Source: Camelus ferus (Eukaryota). From it: DNA of 64,000 bases. The notes beneath the pieces were generated by a model that saw only the letters and a program-made list of their open reading frames with translations, ran no database searches and was not told the origin of the DNA. Shown here in pieces: positions 12,681 through 22,970 of the stretch. How positions within the stretch are numbered: position 1 is the stretch's first letter; each line of letters begins with the position of its first letter. The DNA lies in contig NC_045697.1 in the NCBI RefSeq assembly GCF_009834535.1, positions 5,458,001 to 5,522,000 on the forward strand, in the 5' to 3' direction. The position numbers were made by a program, and so were the translations under genes.

Positions 12681-14164
12681 GAAGCTCATATCACCAGCCT
12701 TGGTGACAGGCAGGCCTACTTGGGGTTCTTGTCTCTGTTCCACCCCCCAAAAAACCTTCCCATGCCTCAGCCTCTCCAGACTCCAGTCGGGTCCCCAAAC
12801 ACACTGGGTGCAGTTAAACCTCCACACCTTTGCCTGGGTGATTCCCTCTGCCTCTCCTCCGAGCCCTCTCCCTCATCTGACTGGTGATTTCGTCTGCCAA
12901 CACTTGGATGTGGTGCCACCACCTCCTGGGAGCCTTCCCTGACTTTGTCAAGCAGAGCGACTCTTCCTTCCTCGGGTGCCTCCTTCCTCTTCCCTGCTGC
13001 TACCTGGGAGGCAGTTCTGTGCACTGAGGAGGGAATCTGCAGTTTGAAGAGGGGTTCAAACCTCCGCCTCCCACTTACTCACTAGAGGATTTTAGTCAGT
13101 GATTCACTTCCCCGCACCTCAACTTCCCCATCTCTAAAATGAGGCTAATCTCGGTGCTACAAAGGGTTGTGGCTCAGATGAAATAGGAACACAACTGTGG
13201 GCGGCTCTTCTCCACTCCAGCGCCCCCGCCCCCAGCACACGGAGAGCATCTAGCCCGTTGCTCATCTGCACCCACTCCCTGGAATTTGGGTTCATCATTA
13301 CAGTTCCTGGGCTTTGCCTGGGCTCTTCCCGACACAGTGGACGTGGACTCTCCCCATCTTCCTCCTGGGAACGACGTCGCAAGCATTGCAAGCCTGAGGC
13401 AAGAGAATTCCACCCTCCTCCCTCAGCATGCCCGGACTTTCCCACCCCCTTGGAGTCAACCCGCCTGCAGGATTCAAAGCAGATTCCAACCTCCTTCTTC
13501 ATTTTCCACCCGCCCCAGCTAGAATTCCCATCCTGCCCATCCCTCCGAGCCTCTGTCCGGGGCTGATTTGTGTTTATGCTCTTCATTTCTCTGTTTGTGT
13601 TCACTCTCCCCTCCCTCCCGCGCCTCCAGCCCACATTATCCCCGCTCCTCAACCCAGCTCTCCAGCCCCTACTCGCTCAGCTCCCTTAGGGCAAGCGCCA
13701 GTTTCCTTTCACAAACCTTAAAGAAAAAAAAAAAGTCAACCACAAATGCCAAAAGCTTCCACGAAGCCCAGACACCACACCGTAATCATCTGGGGCTCCT
13801 CTACGTAATCACTGGGCCTGCCAAGTCTCTGGTTTAAAGGGGAAAAAAATACTATGTAAATACACATATCAGACTATTAGGAATTTTCAGCGTAGATCCC
13901 AAATTATTTGCAGCCCTGGAAAGAGGCAGACAATCCTGGGTTGGCATCCTTCCTCTGTCATTTCCTGGCAAGCTACGCCCCACCCCCAGCCTCCATGATC
14001 TCATCTGTGAAATGGGTGTATTGAAGGAGTTTTGCAAGGGCCAGAGGATTCCAGGTAAATGAAGGGTGGGACCAGCAACCAGGACTGGGTAAGCACTGAG
14101 TGCCTCTTCATCTTCTGTCCTCCTAAACAAAATTGAAAAAAAAAAAAAAAAAGGAGGGAGGAGG

Positions 14165-14620
14165 GGAGGACCAATGAGCAAGAGTTTACAAGCAGCCATG
14201 GGGGCGCCAGTAAAACCCAAAGGACAATTATTTCAAGCCGGAGCATAGATGCTACTGGAAGGTCCACGGGGTTAGGTGGAGCTGGCTGCTGAGAATCTAA
14301 GCGGCTCTGAGGGGAAAAAATAAATTAAATAAATGGTTTCTCTAATACGGGGCCATCTGGCGATTTGATAAAAGTATTGGGTTTCTCAAGGCAATCTGTG
14401 AGTGCTCCCTGGGCGCCACCGTTTATGGCTTAAATATGACTCGCATGTGGAACCAGCATTACAAATGGGAAACAGCAGCTCGGAGCTTGTTCCCTAATGG
14501 GGGCCTTTCATCACCCAGTTACCCTTAAGCGTCTCCCTTCCTATTGTAATTGGCCCTAAATGAAAAGCATTAGTCCCGTCAATAAAAACTAATGGTTCTA
14601 CTTACTAAAAAGAAGGGGGT
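14165..14620. promoter_or_regulatory. Candidate developmental enhancer (repeat-free, homeodomain/SOX motif cluster)
   Basis: No repeat similarity seen. TTTATGG 14422, CTATTGT (SOX) 14541, TAATTGG 14547, GTCAATAAAA (HOX13-type) 14578. Confidence 0.45.
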
Positions 14621-16113
14621 GGGGACAAAAAGAGAGGTCTCTTTAAAGGCAGGAAGGGACTGGCGTCGCCTCCCTTCCGGAATGTCAGGGTTTGATATTG
14701 GGGTGCAGGAGTCGGGAGGCTGGGTCCCCATTCTGGCTCTGCTGTACCTTGCTGTGTGGCTGTTGAGGGGTAGCGCTCCCTCTCTGGTGAAAACAGATAT
14801 AATGAGGCCCCTCTGGCTTGCTCACAGTAGGGCTGGTTTCAAGGATCAAAGGAGAGCTGGATATAAAAAGTCTTTGCAACTGTAGAGGCCTCGAGCCCTG
14901 GAGAAGTCATGGCAATTTTATCCTTCCTGGAGATGGGAGCTGTCCCCCTGGCATTTCTAACCGTCTTCTGCCAGAATCCAAAGGGAAGCCTGTTCAGGGT
15001 CCCTGCGGCTGCTTGGCCCACAAAGAGGGGCTGTTTGGAATTAAACTGAGAAGGCATTCTCCACTGGGTGGCTGGGGGGGATGGTTATTTATATGTTTGC
15101 TTAAGATTTTTCAGAAATGGTCTAATCCTCTCTTGGCCATGGGCCATCCCCAGCCGTGGGGCCCTCGGTGCGCATAGTAGGAAAGATGTGTCCTCCCATA
15201 AAGTGCCATTATAGGAGCCTGGAGATGAGAGGTCCAGGAGCCATCCTTGCTCCAGACTTGTCGCGCTGAACTTCTATTTTGCTGTCTGAACCTGGAGCCC
15301 GAGGTGCGAGCCTGCGGGAAGATACAGCCATCGGGGCTGAGAGGTAGGAAATTTACACTAGAACACTTGCTGTGGGCCAGAGCCCCCACCAGGAGCTGAG
15401 CGGCCATCACGGCGTGTGGCCCCGCCAGCCACACTGCCGGTGCGGACTGCGACCCCGCGTCGTGGATGAGTAAACAGAAGCTCATCTCCGAAAAGCATCC
15501 TGGCGAACTGCATGACGTCACAGCAGCAAAGGAGGCGGTGGGTTCAGCCAGGCGTGAAGCAGGTGCTCGGCCCTCGGAAATGGCTTCCTCAGGACATTGG
15601 TCACGGGAAGGGGCTGGAGTCGGGCTGCGGGGCAGACACTAGGGTTGCCACGTCCACAACCCAACACCCTCACCGCCTCGGAACGTGCTGCCCATTTCCC
15701 ATTACCAGCACTTGTGTTTCTTTGACGGAGGGCTTTCTCTGGCCACCAGAGGCAGAAAAGTGCCAGGAATTCGTACCTCCCAGGAGCAGCCCCCGGGCAG
15801 TGCAGGGAGCTTGGGGTATGACTACCTCAGCCCCCTCTCCCTCTGGCAGGGTAATTCTGAGCTGTTCTGTCTACACTCTTTCCCAGAGCTTCCAGCGGAC
15901 GCAAGCCGCGACCTGCTTTAGAGTGTGCTCTTCACTGACTGTCCTCCCTTTCCCATCTCACTTTCCCTTGACCCTCAGATCTGTGTCTCATGCTCTGCTT
16001 CCGGGAGAATCCAGACTAAGACATGCAGATTGGAGCTCGGGGAGCTGATCTGACAACTGGGTCACCCGGTGCCAAGGAGATGGGAGCCCAGATCACCACT
16101 GAGATACAGCCGT

Positions 16114-16146
16114 ATTCATTCATTCATTCATTCATTCATTCATTCA
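16114..16146. repeat. (ATTC)n microsatellite, probably from an L2 3' tail
   Basis: About 8 ATTC units followed by L2-like 'aacatacattgacc...aggcgctgtgctgg'. Confidence 0.9.
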
Positions 16147-16984
16147 ACATACATTGACCATAGGCCTTGAGGGGTCAGGCGCTGTGCTGGTTATGCAGAT
16201 TCTGGTGGGCACAAAACAAAGATTATCCCTGACCTTGTGGAAATCAGACAGGTGGAGGATTCCATCAATAAGTGATAATTGAATAGACTGTGAAAGAACT
16301 ACAACAGTACCACGTGGAAGAAAGGAGAATACCAGAGCTGGATCTGCTGCCTGGAAGAGGGATGTTTAAGGGGAGGTCTAAGGAATGCAGAGAGAGAACA
16401 ATGCATGGGGAGAGGGTGGCCCCTGGGTAGGCTCTGAGCATGGGGAACAGAGGTTCACATCTGGAGGAAGCCCTGAGCTGTATTTGCAAGAATGCTGAGG
16501 TGGAGTTTTAGGACTTGAGGGACAATTAAATAGGATGAGTCCTTGAAAACTTGATTCAACCTGGCTTATGCATGAAAGGGAAAATACTGCCTATAGAGGC
16601 AGATGTAGTTTCAGGCACAACTGGAATTGGGGATCAGTGTCTTTGAGAGCTGCTTTTGCTCTTTCCCTCTCAGTTCACAATCTCATATTGACTCTATTCG
16701 TAGACCAGCTCTCCTCTGCAGCTGAAGAATACTTTCCAGATGCACCCAAATTCCCAGCAAAAGCCTGGAGATTCTTATTGGTTCATCAAAGTGGTTCCTA
16801 CCAAAGTAATTACCATATCAGGGGAAATGATACATCGATTGGCTTACCTCTAGGTCATGTGCTCCTCCATGGGAAAGTAAATGGTGGATGCCACTGGAAC
16901 TCAATGCTTTTGCTCATTGAAGGGGAAATGATTGCTGAGAAGGGAAAAAAATGTCTTCTAGAAACACTATGCTTTGATGGGAAT

Positions 16985-17645
16985 GGCTAAAACTAAAAAG
17001 ACTGACAACACCAAGTGTGGGCAAGGATGTGGAGAAATTCTGCACTGCTGATGGAAGTCTAAAATGGCATAATCATGTAGGGAAATGTTTGGCATTTTCT
17101 ACAAAAGCCAAACGTATACAAACCATATGCCCCAGCAACCCCATTCCCGAGCATATATCCAGCAGAAATGAGTGCTTATGTTCCCCTGAGAAGGTTCACA
17201 GCAGCTTTCTGCATAATGGCCCCAAAGTAGAAATGACCCCAGTATTCCTCACCAGTAAGTACATTCCAGCATTTGAGGGAATACTACACAGCAGTGAAAA
17301 AGAACAGACACCAGTTCCATGTACCAACATGGATGAATATTATGGATGCATGATCAAGAGAAATAAGCCAGACACAAAACAGTACTTGCTGCATGGTTCT
17401 ATTTACATGAAGTTTTAAGGATAAGCAAAATGAATATATGGTGAAAAAAGGCCAAACAGTGGTTGTCTTGTCAGTAATGCTGCCTCAAGAGAAAGGCTAC
17501 CAGGATGCAGCAAGTTCTCTGTCTTTCTCTAGGTGGTGGTTCCTGGGTATGTACACAGGCAAAGATTCATCGAGCTGAGCTGAACATCTAAGAGTTTTAT
17601 ACTTAATATCTGTATGTTATACTTTGATTAAAAATTTAAAAAATG
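16985..17645 (+). mobile_element. Old L1 (L1MC/ME class) ORF2 end and 3' UTR
   Basis: 'aatggctaaaactaaaaagactgacaacaccaagtgtgggcaaggatgtggag'; ORF 17017 reads as degenerate ORF2 C-terminus; A-rich end near 17640. Confidence 0.85.
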
Positions 17646-17899
17646 AACTATTCTGAATGCCCCCTGAAGTATAGTATATTTTTGCGTATTATCTTTTCTC
17701 CGGCTTTATCCTACTACCCAGTTCTCTCTGTTCCTTTTTCCTGATTTCTTAATCTATTTTTTTTTTATCCCATCATATTGTGTCTCTGTAAACTATCTCA
17801 AACTCTTTTGCAATGGGAGAACTGAAGAATTTAAGAAGGAATAAAAAAGCTTGAGGAGTTGTCTGCTTTTTTTTTTTTAAACTTAATGAAAGTGATTCT

Positions 17900-18290
17900 C
17901 TTTTTATTGCCTTAGCTTCATTGCTTTTCATCCTAAATCAAGAGTTTTCTCTGTCTGCCAATTTGCAAATGGACCAATTTCTACCAATTGGCCTTAACAT
18001 ATACAAATCAGTCTCATAAATAAAAACAAAAGTTTTCCAGCCGACACAGCTTCGGTTTTCCATCTGCAGGCCCCTGCCCCTCAGTGTCCTTCTGGCAGTA
18101 AAACAAGAGGGCTATCATTCTCTTCCACACAGCATAAACTGTCATCTTTCCCTGGTTAAGTCTCAGATGCCGTCTGCCAAAAGCGGGCCTCTGATTCATT
18201 CCACTGAGATTCCAGAGTAATCTGCCTTGCGGCCTGCAACCAGAGATGCCTTCAGCAGACCCCATGATAAATTAACATTTAATCCTGGCC
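17900..18290. promoter_or_regulatory. Candidate enhancer with MEIS-HOX composite site
   Basis: Repeat-free. CATAAACTGTCA at 18133-18144 (TGACAGTTTATG on minus), ATTTGCAAAT 17961, CTCATAAA near 18013. Confidence 0.4.
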
Positions 18291-20878
18291 CAGGGAACTC
18301 TGGGGCTGGAATAGCCCGTGGGGACGGCGGAGCCCACCCCTGTGAAGCCAGGGAAGGGGCCCTGTCCTAACTGTGTGCCCAGTGGACCCACCACAGTCCA
18401 GGGATAGATAGGATTTCCAGCACGGCTGCATACGGGACTTCATCCATGTGACAGTGTGAGCCTCTCTGAGCCCCAGTCTCTTTCCCACTCTGCCTCCATC
18501 ATCTGCAGTGTACAGCGGATAGCTTACCAACTCAGTGATCTTCTCTGTGACTTGATCTCCTCTGGATGGCAAGCTGGTGAGCACAGGGACAGGGTGGTCC
18601 CCCCAGAGCCCAGTGCTGGACACATGGCAGGGACCCAAAGTTTGTCGAACGACGAATCCAAGAGATGCCTCTGCCCAGTTGGGCAAAGGGAGCCAGGGAG
18701 GGGGAAGAATCAAATATGACAGCCAGATAATGACTTGGGTGAGCCAGCAGACCGTGGTACCATTGACCCAGATGAAGCGCAGAGGAGGGGAGCCAGCAGT
18801 GAAGGAGGGCTGTCAGCCTGGGTGATCCAGCTGCTCTCCCTCCAAACCAGCACCATCAGAGAGATGCTGGGCTCAAGGATGCACTCAGAGCAGTCCTCAC
18901 TCACCAGTCAAAACGCTCCAAGAGAAAAGTCATAGAGAATAAAGGAGCCTCTTGTTTCCAAGGCTGGGGTTCCAGGCTCAGGAGGAGGAGGCCATCTTTT
19001 CTCGAGAGGGAAATGGCCTATGGGGTCACCGAAGACAAGTGACACCCATCTCTGAAAGGGAGGCCGGGGAGGGAACGCAGACGTGGAGGCTCAGAACGGA
19101 GGTGTGTGATCACCCTGGCTGGCCAGCCGGCCCACCCCAGAGACACCGGGCAGGAAAAAGCAGCAGGCACCCCGCCTGGGTGAAGGCTGAGACACGACCC
19201 TCAGCTGCAGGGCTCGGGGTAGCTCCAGGGTGAGCCGGAGGGTGAGATTCATGCTGTGGCATGAATCCGCGTTTCCAGGAAGAGGGCTGGAGTGTCATAC
19301 GGAGAGACTTGAAAAAGGACCTGGGTCAGGGCCGGGGGCAAGGCGGTGGGGCAGGGGCGAGGGATGCCCTCCCGTGAAGGCTCAAGATCTGAACAACACA
19401 GGGGACCCCCAGTCCGACCAAAGATGGAGTGCTATCCCTGCGGGGCCGTCACCCTCCCCCCTAGACAGTTCGACCTCCAGCAATTCCGCCAAAGCCTGGG
19501 TGCACTGGTGGAGGCCTCTGGAAGGGGCTGGGCTCTGTCCCTCGCCTTCCAGACTGTCACAGACAGAAGGAGCTGGCCCTGTGATCACTGGGCAGGAGGT
19601 ACGGAGACCGCGAGCCTGCAGAGGAGTCACTCCGTGGATGGGACATGCCGGAAAGGACCACGCTCCGTGTACAGTAGCTCTTAACCCTCCCAACAACCGC
19701 ACGAGAACAGTCTTCCACCGTCGCCACCGCCAGCCTCGCTTTACTGATGACCCAGGCACCCACCGAGAGGTGAAAAGCAGCTGCTCAAAGTCACACCTAG
19801 AAACCCGCAGGGTCAGGACTCGAACCCTGGAAGGAGGTTCCGAGACCACGCGCGGATGTGGCAGGGCTGCTGAGCCTGCCGCCTGATCTCGCGGGATTTG
19901 AAAAGCTGCCCCCGGATGGGGACCTCCGCATCCCCACCGCCATGTAGAATTGGTGCTCCGTGCAGACGCGCGCCCTGCGCTGCAGACTGGATTCCGATCA
20001 TCCTTTGTAAGAATTTCGGTTGCCTGTGTCGCCATGAATTTTGTGATCTGTTCAGCCCCTTCTCAGAAGGGGCAAAGTTCCTTATCATGTCCTAAGATCC
20101 ATCTATTGTAACTATGAAATAGTAATACTTCACATGGGTTCAGCTCTCTGACCTAACACCTCCATGAATGCAGTCAGCCTCCGCAGCAACCGAGGGCAGA
20201 AGGGGTTCAGCCCCTTCCAGAGCTGGGGAAGCTGAGGCCCAGAGAGGTTATATGACGTGCCTGATAGTGTATTAGTGCCAGACTTGACACACGGATGCCG
20301 AAAGCCAAAGCTTATGTAAGCCTTATCTCATAAGACTTCTTATTTAGAGGAAAAAATATTTAAAAACAATTTTTTAAATGATAAGTAGGAAGCAGCTTGG
20401 TGCTTTTAGTATGAGGAACTTACCCAAAATCGTAAAGTATTTCCTTCCCACAACAGACTCAAGCGGTTTTGCTGTTTTTGTGTGATTCTCTGGGATGAGA
20501 CCCTCTGTATCCACTCCGAGGGGCTGAGGCACTGATCCGGGTGTGGGTACTGCCCAGTCCCAGACGCGCGGAGACTGGTCCGCTGAGAGCAGTCCAGGAT
20601 TTGCCCCCAGTTACCACAGAGTAAGAGGAAGCTTTCCCACCATCTTGTAATTGCAGATTGCTGGGTAACCGAGCCATGAAAAGCGATCGTACCCATGTTT
20701 CTCCACCGGCCTCAGAGAAAAACCCTGAAAGCAAATTGTTGTGGTGGAAAAAAAGACTGTCTTCATGCCACGGAGTTCTGGGGGGTCAGGAGAGGAAGAG
20801 GGGAAAGCATTCCTATGATACTGGAGGAAGTAGCCACAGAATCCATCCCGTTTCTTGGGCAGCTCTGGTGAGGGAAGA

Positions 20879-21536
20879 TGTTGCCAGTAGATGCAGCCGG
20901 TACTCCAGGTTCTTGTCCCGTCCCAGAAAGAATTCAGAGACAAGACATAATGGTTAAAAAAGTAAAGTGAGAATTTATTAAAGGATGAATAGTACACTGT
21001 CAAGGGGAGAGCGGGCAGGCTCAGGTGAGCGGCTGCCCTGAGTTTCTTTGGCAAGTTAGTTACATAGGGTGTAAAAATGAGTGGGTGGAATTTTCATTGA
21101 GGAGGAAGGGGCTTAGGGTCATATTCCCTGATTATCATCCCAACTCCACCTTCCCAAGGGGAGGAGGGATTTTTGTCCTTATTTAGTCTGGATCGGAAGT
21201 GTCATGGCATCAGTGCATGATGGGTACATCTGATCTGCAAGGCTAATTTTATTGAAATGAGGGCATAATTAGCAAAAGGTTACATTTGGACACTGGAAAT
21301 TCCTGCCTTTTCTCACCTTTCTTTGTCGGTCTCCAGGCCACTCATCACCCCAAAAGTTGTGACCATTCATTAGCCCAGAGGTTCCTGCTTTTCTTTCTCT
21401 GCCCAGGGACCCCTGGTGCTTACATGATCTGTGGTTTCCTGCATTTGGCTGGTGCCCCTCCTTTCTGCCTAATTCTTGCCATTTGGTCTGTGTCCCCCTT
21501 TCTCTGCTCATATCTAGCTATCTGCCTGCTCTAATA
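20879..21536 (-). mobile_element. ERV1-type solo LTR, relatively young
   Basis: About 658 bp, tg...(c>t)a termini. On the minus strand: purine-rich U3, degenerate TATA (TATGTAA, 21060-21066), AATAAA (20974-20979), U5 ending ...ctggcaaca. No gag/pol or PBS adjacent. Flanks gaaga/gaacc form only a partial TSD. Confidence 0.85.
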
Positions 21537-22547
21537 GAACCATCTCCTTTTCAAGGTCCTGCCACCTGTGGGGTTTATGACCGTGGATAAATTACAAACA
21601 AACAAACAAACAATCAAACAAAAAACCCTCCCCATGCCTCAGTTTCCCCACATGTAATATAGGGGCATTGAGATCCACCTGCCAGGGTGGTTGGAGGATG
21701 TAAAAACATGAGAGGGGTAGAGCAGATAGCTCAGCAGACCTTGGTAAATGTCCCCTGTCTGACCTTCCTAAACACGCGCCACGGGCCGGGGGGCACCTTC
21801 TGCTCAGAGGAAAAGTGCTTCTGTATTTCCAATCAAGGGGGAGCTTGTCTCTGTTCTCACCTCAGTGGCCTCAGACTGTTTCCTAGGAAAAGCCAAAAGA
21901 GAAACAGTAAGAAACTGCAGCTCTAACTCTGGCATCTAAATCGTGGGGGACTCTTGTGAAGCCGCTGCCACTTCTGTGTACATTGGCGCTGAAGGAAGCA
22001 GCTGCACTGATTAATTCTAACAAGGCAACCTGTATGCTCTGCTTCACCAGCTCAGGGTGCAGCAGACACTTGTGTTCTTTAATGGCCAATCACTGAAGGA
22101 TGTTGTGCTTGACTAGCAGGACGTTCTTATCTCCGTCTTGAAGGTCCCTTTCTGCACGCTGGAACCGACTCCACTCTCTGTCTCATAATTGTTCAGATCC
22201 TTGGAGGCTTACTGAGCCCAGAAGGGATTATTCTGGCCTTTGACAGCCCTTTGGAGATGATCTGCCCACTGCTGTCATTGCTCCCTATGGCCACAAGATG
22301 TCACTGCTGAAGGGGGTTTGGTGCAGTTTGGCTAACACTTGGCCTGCTGCTGACCGCACTCGCTGGTTGGGGTATCACATTGCCCCACCCTAGACACAAA
22401 CAATACAGGTCTTGGGGTTCACATTCCCACATTCCCATGCTCAGCCATTTCTCCCCTAAACATAACCACCTTACGAGGATGACTGGGTCCAGAAGACTTT
22501 TCAGAATAGGTCTTCTGCCCAAACCATTTTTCTCCCTGCTAACCCTC

Positions 22548-22970
22548 TGTGATGGTTAATTTTATGTTAATTTTAAACATGGCTGGGCCATGGAATCCAG
22601 ATATTTGCTCAAACATTATTCTGGATGTTTCTGTGAGAGTGGTTTTAGATGACACTAACATTTAAGTCAGTGGACTTTGAGTAAAGCAGATTGCTCTCTA
22701 TAATATGGGTGAGCCTCATCCAATCAGTTGAAAGGCTGAATAGAACAAAAGTCTGACTTTCCCCAAGCCCAAGGGAATTCTGCCAGCAACAGCCTTTGAA
22801 CTCAAACTGCAGCATAAGCTTTTCCCAGCCTACCCTGTAGATTTTGGGCTCGCCAGCCTCCAAAATCGTGTGAGCCAATTTTTTTTTGAGCCAGTTCTTT
22901 ATAATAAATCTCCTTTGACATATACACATATCCTATTGGTTCTGTTTCTCTGGAAAACCCTGAAAATATA
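22548..22970 (+). mobile_element. MLT2 (ERVL) solo LTR
   Basis: Starts 'tgtgatggttaattttatg', ends 'cctattggttctgtttctctggaaaaccctgaaaatata'. TSD ccctc/tcctc. Confidence 0.9.
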
